DNA from: Macrostomum lignano
Lineage: Eukaryota
Direction: 5' to 3'
DNA length: 53,922 bases
Assembly (NCBI GenBank): GCA_002269645.1
Contig: NIVC01004233.1
Span: 1 to 53,922 of the forward strand
Below, piece after piece: positions 33,066 to 48,662 of the stretch (its first letter is position 1; each line of letters begins with the position of its first letter). The notes under the pieces were generated by a model. The model was given only the letters and a program-made list of their open reading frames with translations. It ran no database searches and had not been told where the DNA came from. The translations under genes and the position numbers were made by a program.

Positions 33066-33589
33066 TGGCGTCACGCTCCACCTACCCCCTTCCCAGATCC
33101 TCCAGTGATGGCGTCATGCTCTGCTCCACATATCCTTAAGCAATCGCTCTTTATGTATTTCATTTTTCTTGCAGCCCTCAAACAGCTGTAGTTCGTAGGG
33201 TGTTTTTGTACCCATGCTGCTAAAAAACTAGGATTTTAAAGGAAGCGGATTGGAACGAGGCGGGAGATTAACATCAGGTGTTGGTGGGCGGCCATTGAGC
33301 CTTGAGCTTGTTTGCTAAGTGGAGCAGCTAGAATAGGCCAAACATGCCTGATCCGTCTTCTTACCGAGAACAGGCAAGAAAATCTGATGAAGAAAGAAAG
33401 ATGCTGGTCAGCTGGTCAGCTAGCTTCTGGACTCGGCCTTTTTTCTGCTTTTTTCAGGGGACAGGGGAAGAGGGAGAGAGGTGCTCGCGTTTGCTAACGG
33501 AGGGCTCTGATCCTGCCTGCAACCTGCAGTGCTCGGGCTTCCAGGTCTGAAGAGGCATTAAGCTTTTTGGGAGGATGGATTGAGAGTGA

Positions 33590-33619
33590 CTGACTGACTA
33601 ACAAACTGACTAACTAACC

Positions 33620-33679
<60 letters not shown>

Positions 33680-33767
33680 GACTGACTAACTGAATAACTG
33701 AATAACTAACTAACTGGCTAACTAACTGAATAACTAAGTAACTAACTAACTAACTAACTAACTAACC

Positions 33768-33807
<40 letters not shown>

Positions 33808-33870
33808 GACTAACTGAATAACTGAATAACCAACTAACTGGCTAACTAACTGAATAACTAAGTAACTAAG

Positions 33871-33923
<53 letters not shown>

Positions 33924-34067
33924 GACTAACTGACTAACTAACTAACTAACTAACTGACTAACTGAATAACTGAATAACTAACTAACTGGCTAACTAACTG
34001 AATAACTAAGTAACTAACTGACTAACTAACTAACTAACTAACTAACTAACCAACTAACTAACTAACT

Positions 34068-34112
<45 letters not shown>

Positions 34113-34170
34113 GAATAACTGAATAACTGAATAACTAACTAACTGGCCAACTAACTGAATAACTAAGTAC

Positions 34171-34215
<45 letters not shown>

Positions 34216-34257
34216 CAACTGAATAACTAACTAAGTAACTAACTAACTAACTAACTG

Positions 34258-34304
<47 letters not shown>

Positions 34305-34305
34305 G

Positions 34306-34364
<59 letters not shown>

Positions 34365-34365
34365 G

Positions 34366-34428
<63 letters not shown>

Positions 34429-34512
34429 GGCTAACTAACTGAATAACTAACTAACTAACTAACTGACTGACTGACTGACTGACTGACTGACTGACTGACT
34501 GACTGACTGACA
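33590..34512. repeat. (ACTA)n microsatellite ending in (ACTG)n
   Basis: Direct reading; recurring CTGAATAA/CTGG interruptions. Confidence 0.96.
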
Positions 34513-34979
34513 AACCATCTCTTCACTTCTTTAAAATCCATCTGTCTATTTGAGTTTGCCAGTTTTGTTCCACGCTTCATCAGCGGAGCGCATTCTGAGC
34601 GCTAGCGGCAGAGCCAGCTCAAAAGTTTAGTGCTGCTCCGTTTGCTGGCCTGAGACCGGGGAAAAAAGAAGACTTCTCCTCACATCCCTGTCACTGACTT
34701 GCGTCTCTTGCCCCAAACTGTATCAAATTGCCCTCAGATGCGGAAATCGATGTGATCGCCTACAGTGCGAAGCCGCACGATGGAACCAGTTATAAAACCA
34801 GTCGAAATGCGACCAGGCTGCTCTCTCACTTTTATGGGGCTCGAGTTACTCACCATATCGGATTGGTGTCTCCCTACAGTGTGTTTATTGCTGTCGAGCT
34901 GATTGGAATTTTGGTTTATGCAGGTTGCATTTCTTGCCTGTATATTTGGTTTATTAAAGGAATTGTTAAAGGTGACAGA

Positions 34980-35412
34980 ACTGAGAGACTAAGGGACTCA
35001 GGGACTGAGGGAACTGAGACACTGGAGGACTCAGGGGCTGGATGACTCAGGGAGTGGAGGACTCAGGGACTGGGGACTCAGGGATTGGACACTCAGGGAT
35101 TGGGACACCCAAGGACTAGGGGACTCAGGGACTAGGGGACTCAGGGACTAGAGGACTCAGGGACTAGGGGACTCAGAGACTAGGGGACTCAGGGACTAGG
35201 GGACTCAGGGACTAGGGGACTCAGGGACTAGGGGACTCAGGGACTAGGGGACTCAGGGACTAGGGGACTCAGGGATTGGGGGACTCAGGGACTGGGGGAC
35301 TCAGGGACTGGGGGACTCAGGGACTGGGGGACTCAGAGACTAGGGGACTCAGAGACTAGGGGACTCAGGGACTAGGGGACTCAGGGATTGGGGGACTCAG
35401 GGACTGGGGAGA
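34980..35412. repeat. 16-bp G-rich minisatellite
   Basis: Unit GGGGACTCAGGGACTA. Confidence 0.93.
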
Positions 35413-36081
35413 CTGAGAGAAGAACGAAATAATTACCTACGGTAGGTAAGCATAACGTATGAAACTATTAGCCAAGAGATGGGGCTATTAGATTTTTCCT
35501 GACCCTCGACAGCTCTTCTCTTCTTTGTCTTCCCGGGCAGTTCTCAATTTAAAAAAAACTCAAACTGGCTCACTGTCTGCTTAACGACTTTGAGAATGCA
35601 GAGAGAAGAAGGTGAGAGAGAGGGAAGAGGGAAGGATAGAAGAAGGTGAAGGAAAATAAAAGAATCCATCTAGATTCCGGCTTTTCTGCGCATTATAACA
35701 AAACGATTCAATTTCATGTAAAAAATCCACCGTTTCTGTCCTCACTGAATTGTCTTTCACAGCCAATCGGGATGGGAACTACTTTGCATTGGACAGGGTG
35801 GAAGCGAACTTTTCTAATTCAGCTCTTGCCAACCTACTTCTCTTCCCCCCGCCCCACCGGCCGGCAGCTGCTCACAAAACTCCTCACCCTCCAGCCCCTC
35901 CTCAGTTCCCCAATTTTCTCCCTCTATCCGACCATCGCTCCACTTTGGAATATGCTCTGTTTCTGTATATAGCTCTCTGTATTCTGTCTCTGTCTCTCTG
36001 TCTCACTCCCACATTGCAGCTCACTCAAAAACACTCTCCCGCAGTCGGCGACATCGCTGAGTCATCAGCATCAGCGTCATC

Positions 36082-39335
<3,254 letters not shown>

Positions 39336-40119
39336 TCGGCTTGATAACCGCAATTTCGTAACATTTCCAATTTCTCCAATATTGATTTGAATGTCGGATT
39401 TTGCTTCTTAAAAATTTCGCCATTCCGCTGACTCCTTGAGCACACACTTGCGCCAATACTGTACACAGACACAGCACTCATACACACAGGCTCACTCCCG
39501 TGCATGTGAAGCTGCAGGTTTTTCCTTCTGTCCCTGTGCGCAATGAAATTCGATAAAAAGCATTTTTCGATCGATAAATTAGACTTGAAGTGACGTTGAT
39601 TTGGTAATGTGCCAGTTTCTCAAACTGCTATGCAGACTCAGCTTTCGGTTGTAACTGTTCTCTGCGCTGTACTTCTAACGCGTTTTCTTAGAAATGTATT
39701 TCTTTTGTGTTTTTTCGCTTTGTTTGTTTCGTCTACTAGAAGAAGCTGTGCTTGAAGAAATAATAATAGCGCTGCATATAGCTTTCAAGTATATTGAAGC
39801 ATTAATTAGAAGCAGTGCATCGAAAGCTCCTTGGTTAAAAGAAGTGAATTCTAAACCAAGTTGGTTTGCTCGTCTCCCTTTGAATTTTCTTGCCCTCGGC
39901 AACAAAAATATCTGCTGCGCGTGATCCGGCATGAGTGGCTGGGGAATTCAATCAACTGACGGGAAGAGCATGCAGATCTTTGTTGCTATGCAGACTGTTG
40001 GGATTTGGGGCCTTTTGAATCACTGCCTGATTATCAGGAGAAACTAAATAGAAGACAAAAGGAACAGAAAATGCGGTTCTTTCTTAGAATGCTTTCTTAG
40101 AAACTGTTAGAATGTGAGA

Positions 40120-40545
40120 CAAAAAATAGTGTTCAAAGAAATAGAAAAATAGTGTTCAAAGAAATAGAAAAATAGTGTTCAAAGAAATAGAAAAATCGAA
40201 ATCTGAGAAGTAGAAAAATAGAAATCTGAGAAATAGAAAGATATAAACCTGAGAAATAGAAAGATATAAACCTGAGAAACAGAAAGATATAAACCTGAGA
40301 AACAGAAAGATAGAAACCTGAAAAATAGAAAAATCGAAATCTGAGAAGTAGAAAAAATAGAAATCTGAGAAGTAGAAAAATAGAAATCTGAGAAATCGAA
40401 AAATTGAAATCTTAGAAATAGAACAAATAGAAATCTGAGAAGTAGAAAAATAGAAATCTGAGAAATAGAAAAATCGAAATCTGAGAAATAGAAAGATAGA
40501 AATCTGAGGAACAAGTGATAGAAATCTGAAAAATAGGGATAGAAT
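40120..40545. repeat. Degenerate A-rich repeat of about 20 bp
   Basis: GAAAAATAGAAATCTGAGAA-like units. Confidence 0.85.
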
Positions 40546-40939
40546 AGGAACAGAATGCTTTAAAGATTATAAAAAAGACAAGATAGCAGCTCTTTTATCG
40601 ACACGAAGCGATGATTTATAAATACTGAACTGATATCTCTGATCGCGTGCTAAGATTTTGGTGACTCTAACAGGGGAGGCAGCGGAACACTCTCAGACGC
40701 GTGTCCAGTCACATCTTCTCAACCTTTCCCATCGCCCACACAGCCAGCAGACGGTCAGGGCAGGGCAGCAGCAACTGCTGTGGCCGCTTAACCCAGTGCA
40801 CCTAAAAACTCGTCTCTATCCCAAAATCAGCTAACCCAATGAGAGAGTAGCGAATGTACTTTTAGTTGAGCTGGATATACGGTATATCAGTGCTATGGGT
40901 TCCTCTATCTAATAGACATATACTCGTAGCGCCGCAATT

Positions 40940-42070
40940 GCAGAGATGGATAGATGGAGAAAGACTAGACAGGGGAGAGAGATGGATAAAGAGAGAGACT
41001 AGACAGAGGAGAGAGATGGATAGAGAGAGACTAGACAGAGGAGAGAGATGGATAGAGAGAGACTAGACAGGAGAGAGAGATGGGTAGATAGAGAGAGACT
41101 AGACAGAGGAGAGAGATGGATAGAGAGAGACTAGACAGGGGAGAGAGATGGATAAAGAGAGACTAGACAGGGGAGAGAGGTGGATAGAGAGAGAGAGATT
41201 AGACAGAGGAGAGAGATGGATAGAGAGAGAGAGAGAGATTAGACAGGGGAGAGAGATGGATAAAGAGAGACTAGACAGGGGAGAGAGGTGGATAGAGAGA
41301 GAGAGATTAGACAGAGGAGAGAGATGGATAGAGAGAGAGAGACTAGACAGGGGAGAGAGATGGGTAGAGAGAGAGAGACTAGACAGGGGAGAGAGATGGG
41401 TAGATAGAGAGAGACTAGACAGAGGAGAGAGATGGATAGAGAGAGACTAGACAGGGGAGAGAGATGGATAAAGAGAGAGACTAGACAGAGGAGAGAGATG
41501 GATAGAGAGAGACTAGACAGAGGAGAAGAGATGGATAGAGAGAGACTAGACAGAGGAGAGAGGTGAATAGAGAGGGAGATTAGACAGGGGAGAGAGGTGG
41601 GTGGAGAGAGAGATTAGACAGGAGAGAGAGTTAGATAGATAAATAGAGAGAGACTAGACAGAGGAGAGAGGTGAATAGAGAGGGAGATTAGACAGGGGAG
41701 AGAGGTGGGTGGAGAGAGAGAGAGAGACTAGACAGAGGAGAGAGGTGAATAGAGAGGGAGACTAGACAGGGGAGAGAGGTGGGTGGAGAGAGATTAGACA
41801 GGGGAGAGAGGTGGGTAGAGAGAGATTAGACTGGGGAGAGAGGTGGGTGGAGAGAGATTAGACAGGTGAGAGAGGTGGGTAGAGAGAGATTAGACTGGGG
41901 AGAGAGGTGGGTGGAGAGAGATTAGACAGGGGAGAGAGGTGGGTAGAGAGAGATTAGACTGGGGAGAGAGGTGGGTGGAGAGAGATTAGACAGGGGAGAG
42001 AGGTGGGTAGAGAGAGATTAGACTGGGGAGAGAGGTGGGTGGAGAGAGATTAGACAGGGGAGAGAGGGTG
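40940..42070. repeat. GA-rich minisatellite of about 30 bp
   Basis: GAGAGAGACTAGACAG(G/A)GGAGAGAGATGGATA-like units. Confidence 0.92.
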
Positions 42071-43660
42071 GAACAAGAAACTGGGATTTGCCCAGAAAAA
42101 GAACATCAGAGCCTCTAGAGTCGACTTAGATAATAGATTTTGTTTTGCGATGTCGTGTGATGAATAGTTCATGTGGCAGGCACACATCTGTATGACAAAC
42201 ATTCTATTGCCCTCTCATTTACATGTACAACACCAATATAAAATCTGTAGATATAGTATTATTCTGCAAATAGATGAGGCCCGTAGAGACTCGCAATCTT
42301 TGTCCGTCTCTGAAATCTCATCACAGTCATTGCCGTCATAGCCATGGCTCACCCTGTGTGTGCCACAGTGGCGCTTCCAAAGAGCCTTCATTCCCTAGAA
42401 TTTCTCTTTAATTTTTTTTCCACTGCTGCTCCACTATATCCCCTAGGGGAGAGCATAAGAGAGCTCGAAGCACAGCCCTCCCCCAGCCTCTGGTGACAGT
42501 CGAGGGCCTCCATCCATGAGTGAGACAAATGTGCCAGTGGGATGAGAGAATGAGGAGAGCACACACGCAGAGACACAGCGGGTTGGAGAAATTTCGAGAT
42601 TCGCCTGAAACTTTGAGGTTGGGGATCTGCCTGTGGTTGGGTCAGTCAGTTTGCACTTTTTTATAGCTGATAGAATGATGAATATTTATAGAATTTATAT
42701 CTTTTCCCGGATAGGCTGTTGGAAACTACAGATTTCCGTGAAAGCTGGACTAACTTCCTATTTATAGTAGCATGAGTAAGAGCTTTTAGCCCGTGCTTTT
42801 ATAGATTGTCCAAATTTTATATTGTTGATTATTTGTTGCAGTTTGTTGTCATTGCGATTGTTGCTGTTGTTGTTGTTGTTGTTTTGTCATTGGGATTGTT
42901 GCTGTTGTTGTTGTTGTTGTTGTTGAGTGCGGAGTGCAGCCGCCTAGAGCGGGGTCCATTCGATCCACTCCAGGAGCCGCGCCACCAGGTTCCCATCGGC
43001 TAGGTCTTTCAGATCGCAAATGTTGTTCTGTCTTCGGGCGACATCGATCGCAGGGCAGTGGACCAGGTGGAATTGGTCTACCTCGAGCCCGCAAAGCCTG
43101 CACTCGGCCAGCTGAGCTTTGCCGATGCGCTTAGCGTAATAGGCCGAGGAGGGGCAGTGTCCAGCTCTCATCTGCGCAACGAGGACTTGCTCACGCCGGC
43201 TGCCGTTATGGTGCGTGATGCGTCCTTGGTAAGTCTCCTTCAGATGGCCGGTCAGGTCCGGAAGGTACTCGAGACGGCGGTAGATAAACCGCTTGGCTGC
43301 TTCGAGCGAGATGGCCACTTGGGCTTGATCCAGAAGAGCTGCGGCTTTGGCCTCGCGATCGACGAACTCGTTACCAGCCACGCCAGCATGGCCGGGAATC
43401 CACTGGATCGTGAGAACGCAACGGCCAGCTGCTTGCCGAAGAAGGGCCTTCAGGTCTTCGAGTAGCGCGTTAGTGGTGGGCCGGTCGGCTATCAGAGCTC
43501 TGACGGCCGCCTGGCTATCGGTGAGGAGGGCGGCGGTGTCAACGTCCTGCTGGATGACATCCACGACGGCATCTCGGAGCGCGCGGAGCTCGGTTTCGAA
43601 GGAGCTGCACCATCTGCCCGCTGCAGAGTGGCCGCCCTGGATGATCGTGCCCGTCTCCTG

Positions 43661-43920
43661 GGGCCTTTTCATATTGCTTGTTCTGGTTCCAGAACCAGAA
43701 CCAATTTGTGAAGTATAACTTTTTGTCTCCATAACTAGAGGGAGATACGTGCTATAACGTTTTTATTATTGAATGACAATCGCCAAGAAGAAAGTGAAAA
43801 ATTGTGCTAAGTTAGGTTGTTAAGGCAGTCAAATATTAACAGAGTTAAATAGTTATACTGCTGTTTTTCTTGGAATTCCGAACCGATTTTGGTTCTGGAA
43901 TTGGTAATATGAAAAGGCCC
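43661..43920. mobile_element. PIF/Harbinger-type MITE, 260 bp, inside the LINE RNase H
   Basis: Perfect 15-bp TIR GGGCCTTTTCATATT / AATATGAAAAGGCCC; 3-bp TSD CTG; excision restores the frame WILFDQ-ETGTIIQ. Confidence 0.9.
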
Positions 43921-46900
43921 CTGGTCAAACAGGATCCAGGCGGCGCCGCCGTTGGCGGTGCCACCCGAAGCGGAGCCGTCCGTGAAGTAGCAGGTACTGG
44001 GCAGGCGTTCTCGGAAGGTGTCGGCGATGATCGGATCGCGGGTGATCTGACTGTCGGATTTACGGAGCGGTCTCACCAGTTACGGATAGAGCCTCAGCCG
44101 GTCCGAGCCGCTGAGCGTGTCCCACGGCGGGGCTCTGACCCAGGCTTCCGGGAGACGGCTGTGTGGGAGGATCTCGTTGAGCACTGAGTGAGCTTGTTCG
44201 CGGAGGCCACGGTTGGCTTTGAGCCGGGTGGGGGTCCTGAGTTCACACCTGGACCTCCAGGGGTCCGCCTCGGACCGCCGGAGCGCCTTTTCGACGGCGA
44301 CCAGCGCTCGTCGTTTGGCCTCCAGGCTGATGGGCACACAATCGGCCTCACGGTAGATGGCCACGCTAGGAGTCGAGCTTGGTAGACCAGAGACAAGTCT
44401 CAGAGCCACTTTTTGGGCTCTGTCCAGGTCATTGAGGCGAGTCTGGGAGAGCCAGGGCATCCAGGCTGCAGCCGCATGCCAAACCACAGACTCCACCACG
44501 GCTTTATACACCGTCCTAAGCGTGGCGCGGTCCCACCCCCATTCACGATGCGACAGTGCACGCAGGACAGCACAACGACGGCGCAGTTTGGCGGCAACTT
44601 CGTCGGACTGCCGCTTGAAGAGCAGGCCGCTGTCGATCCAGACACCCAGGTAGAGCAGCTCCTGCCTGGTTGGGAGTTGCTGGCCTCGGATGCACAGGTT
44701 GAGGGTACGGTCGCGGTCCCTGCGGTCTCTCGAGAAGATCCAGCATTCAGTTTTGAGGGGATTGAGATCGATACGGAGATCTGTGGCCCAGGCGTCGATG
44801 CGATCGATGGCCAGTTGAAGGCGCTCCGCAATCTGCTGGATGTTGTTGCCCGAGGCCCAGACGCCCAGGTCGTCAGCAAAGCCGGCGTAGTTGACATCTG
44901 GGACCAGGGAGTCCGCCCAGTCATTTATGTACAGGAGGAAGAGCACCGGCGAGCACACTGCCCCCTGCGGCACCCCCTCCTTAAGCGGCCTCCATTTGCC
45001 AATCGTATCGCCCACGCGGACGGCAATCTGGCGCCCCTCCAGGAAGCTGGCAAACCAGTGCACCATGCGACCCGGGACTCCCTCATCCATGAGACGGGCA
45101 AGGAGGCGGGTACGCCAGACCCGGTCGAAGGCGCGGGAGCAGTCAAGGGTGACAGCGATCGTTTGCGAGGCGGGCGTTGTTCCCAGTGGTCTTGGATTTC
45201 CTGGACCAGACGCGCCACTTGTTCTTCGCAGCTACGCCCTCTCTGAAAACCAGCTTGCCACGGTTGCAGCGTGTTGTTGAGTTCGATCCAGTGCATGAGC
45301 CGGTCCATCACAATGCGCTCCATGATTTTAACACAGATGGAAGTGAGACTAACAGGCCGGAAGCTGCTGCAGTTGGCTGGGTCTTTGCCCTCTTTCAAAA
45401 GTGGGACGATAACCGCCTTCTTCCAGACTCCCGGGCAGTGCCCTAGGGACCAGCACCGATTAAAGACCGTGAGCCAGGCCGTGAGCCACGAGTCCGGCAG
45501 GTGTCTGAAGAAAGCCGCTTCGATGCCGTCGGGGCCGGCTTTTTTGGTGACGTCGGGGTGTGAGATGACTCGTTTGAGTTCTTCCATGGTGAGGGCGCAA
45601 TCGTACTCGGAGGTCCCCGTGGGATACTTATTCAAACGCTTCGCAGTGCTAACTTTGAAGGCGCGGTCAGCGGCGTCATGCTTGAGGGTGCTGATCTTGG
45701 CGTAGTGTCGGCCAAAAGCATTTGCTTTGTCGCGATCCGAGCTGCACTCCTTTCCGTCCGCCACTAGGATTTCGTTCTTCGCGGTCGGTTGCTCTCCAGC
45801 ACTTAGGGTTTTAATGGTACGCCACATTTTTTTGATGTCAGAGGAACTAGACAGGTCCTGCACAAATTCCTGCCAGAAGGCGGCTTTTTTCTCCGCGCAG
45901 GCCCTGTTGAGCTCGGCATTCTTGCGCTTCCACTCGTCCGGGTCACCGCCACGGGATCTGAGTCTGTTTCTTTCGTCCCGAAGACTAGAGAGCTCCGAAT
46001 CCCAGTAGGGCTTGTTTTTGGAGGAGACGCGCTTCATGGGAATGCAAGCTTTGGCCGCCTTACTCATACGAAAGCAGAGGCGTTGGATTTGCTGCTTGAC
46101 AGTGCCGTTGTTGAGCTCATTGCTATCGTCTTCGAGCTGGGCCTGGTAGCTGTTCCAGTCAGCTTTCTGCCAGGCCCAGGCGAGACAAATCTTCTGGTCG
46201 GTGCTAGCGCGGTCGCCATCCACAGTGATGAGAATGGGTTTGTGGGCAGAGCCCAGTTCGTCAAGGGCCTCCACGAGCAGAGGTCGTCGAGGCCAAGCGC
46301 TAGCGAGGCTGATGTCGGGGGCACTCTCTCCACCGTCGCGGCGATCGAGACAGGTTGAGGGAGCCCGAGTTGAGGACACAATACCCATTACTGTCACACC
46401 ACTCCAGCAGGGCTTTGGCTTGTTCGGCGCCCTCGGCCCCTGGCCAGGCAGACTACCCCAGGTCGTGTGATGGATATTAAAGTCGCCAGCAATAATCTCG
46501 CACTGGTGCGGCTTCAGCCAGAGATCGATGTCCGGGTGCTCCCGGCAGTCGGCGCCAGCACTGCGCCTGATGGGCGGCCGGTAGATGTTAGTGAGCACGA
46601 GACGCTGTTTGGCGCTAAGGTTGATCACGATGCGGCAGCCTTTCACCGTGCCCCCACTCCAGCCTTTGAGCCGCCGGAAGGGGGTTTCTTGGCGGATGAA
46701 CGTGAGGAGGCCTCCTCCCTTGTACATCTCGCTGGAACGTAGCGTTCGTCGGTCTTTTCTCACGGTGGTAAAGCCGGGGATCTTTGGCGTGCGGGAGACG
46801 GGGTCAAGCTTAGATTCTTGGATCATGACAACATCAACTTTGAGGCGTTGAACCAGCTCCTCCAGTTCTCCCATTTTGTTTCGGATGCCGTCCGCATTCC

Positions 46901-46949
46901 ATTGCAGGACCTTGAGGCCCTTGTTATTGGCAGGTCCTTCTTTCCGTCC

Positions 46950-47500
46950 GCGGTGCATTTCGTTGTGGGCCGAGAATGCGGGCGTCGAGGACGCGGCGAT
47001 CGCGGCGGATGGCGGCGCGGGCCGAGCTAATGCTGATAGGCACGTGCACGATAGGATTGTTGCTGTTGTGCGCTTGCGCGAGAGTGGCGGCTTCGGCGGC
47101 CGCAAGGCCCGCGGCGGTGTTGCCATCGATGCCGGCGTGCCCGGGGACCCAGCAGAAAAGAAAATCAGTGCGGCCGGAGGAGCCGGCGATGAGCTGCCAG
47201 CAGGTCGCACCGGTAGCGGTAGACTGGCGGGCGGGCCCCTGCTCCAGGGCGGTCAGAGCGCTGAGGCTGTCAGTGAGAACCGCCATGCTGCGGGGCAGGG
47301 CCGGGCCCTCACGGAGGCAGTAGGACAGGGCGGTCTGGATCGTGACAAGTTCGGCCTGGAAGCTGCTGCACAGAGCACCGGCCGCGGCGCGGACGGTGAC
47401 CGCGGGGCGACCGTCCCTGAACTCGATGACGGCGGCGCCGCCCCCGTTGCTGGTACCCTCCTCAGCGGAGCCGTCCGTCCAGGCGATGACGGAGCACTCG
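46950..47500 (-). pseudogene. Second, divergent RNase H domain directly upstream of the APE domain
   Basis: IAWTDGSAEEGTSNGG...SSFQAEL...(frameshift)AVLTDSLSAL...WVPGHAGIDGNTAAG; the last catalytic Asp is replaced by Gly. Confidence 0.85.
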
Positions 47501-47777
47501 CGGGCTCACGCAATGCCGGCCTCGGCGGCGGCTGCCCGGAATTGTTGCTGTTGTTGTTGTTGTTGTTTTGTCATTGAGATTGTTGCTGTTGTTGTTGTTG
47601 TTGTTTTGTCATTGAGATTGTTGCTGATGTTGTTGTTGTTGTTGTTGTTTAATCAATGGAATTTTTGCTGTTGTTGTTGATTTATCAATGGGGCTGTTGT
47701 TGTTTAATCAATGGAATTTTTGCTGTTGTTATTGTTGTTATTTTTTGTCATTAGGATTGTTGTTGCTGTTGTTGTTG

Positions 47778-48418
47778 TGTGTGTCCTCGGCCCCGTACCA
47801 TCAGGCAATCCACTGCGGGTGGGCCGCCCTTAGGAACCTCTTAGGAACCATGTTCTCCTTCCTGAGGTCTTCCAACTCCATCAAACCGATACGCTGACGG
47901 AGACCATCCCAACGCGCGCACTTCCACCAGTGATCTTTATCTTCCATTTCTCCGCATAGCTCGCAAACACCTTCGCCTTCCAGACCCACCTTCTGTCTCC
48001 AATACTTGGCGAGCTTACAGTGGCCCGATCAAAGCTGCGATAAGATGGTAGCCACTTTTCTGCCACAGTCGACGCGTTCGATCGCACCTCCGTACACTGA
48101 TCTCAGACGGGCGTCATTTATGCTGGGCCTCCACCGGTGCTTCAAGTGCCTGAGCAACGCCTCGTCCTCGACAGCCGTCTGCCCTTGGGGCAACTGCGCG
48201 GCCTGCTTAGCCGGCTCGTCAGCCCTCTCATTACTCTTGATGCCACAGTGGCCGGGGATCCATTGTATCGAGATGCTACACCACTCGCTCGCCTTCCTGA
48301 GTCTGCCGATCAATCTGAATTGGCTCCCGGTTCTGGTAACTCTCATTCGCAGTGGCCACGACGGCGGACTTACTGTCGGTCAAGATGATTAGGTCTCTGT
48401 TCTTCGACAAGGTCAAGC
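47778..48418 (-). mobile_element. 5'-truncated LINE of a different family (C-terminal half of RNase H, CCHC knuckle, (AAC)n tail)
   Basis: IILTDSKSA, WIPGHCGIKSNERAD, QLRSGH, CELCGEMEDKDHWWKC, stop at 47801-03, about 25-nt UTR, then the AAC tail; frameshifted. Confidence 0.88.
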
Positions 48419-48541
48419 TGTTGTTGTTGTTGATATTTGTGATATTTGTTGATACTTGATATTTGTTGTTGTTGTTGTTGTTGTTGTTTTGTCATTGGGA
48501 TTGTTGCTGCTGTTTCGTCATTGTGATTGTTGTTTTTGTTT

Positions 48542-48573
<32 letters not shown>

Positions 48574-48612
48574 GCTGTTGTTATTGTTTTGTCATTGGGA
48601 TTGTTGCTGTTT

Positions 48613-48662
<50 letters not shown>

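Larger units (their letters stand above)
42926..47540 (-). mobile_element. RNase H-containing non-LTR retrotransposon (I-group-like): upstream RNase H, APE, RT, RNase H, CCHC knuckle, short 3' UTR, (AAC)n tail
   Basis: APE: LKVLQWNADG, IQESKL, IAGDFN, PDISLA, GSAH. RT: AGPDGI, FRPVSLTS, QAGFQ, SRAFDRV, GVPQGAVCSP, FADD. RNase H: FTDGS, ETEL, LTDS, WIPGH, GNEFVD. Knuckle: CRLC..H..HC. Lesions: 1-bp frameshift at 45162-64, in-frame TAA at 44080-82, MITE insertion. Confidence 0.93.

Noticed and set aside
42115-42126. TCTAGAGTCGAC polylinker-like 12-mer (possible vector contamination)
   Set aside because: Only 12 bp, with no flanking vector sequence.
42330-42460. Minus-strand exon-like segment with good acceptor (cccctag) and donor (gtgagc)
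   Set aside because: All three frames hit stops, even allowing a one-base change in the A run; at most a non-coding exon.
46900-47000. Ingi-like 5' signature (2A peptide or HDV-like ribozyme) before the APE
   Set aside because: No DxExNPGP motif, and no nested pseudoknot could be supported by eye.
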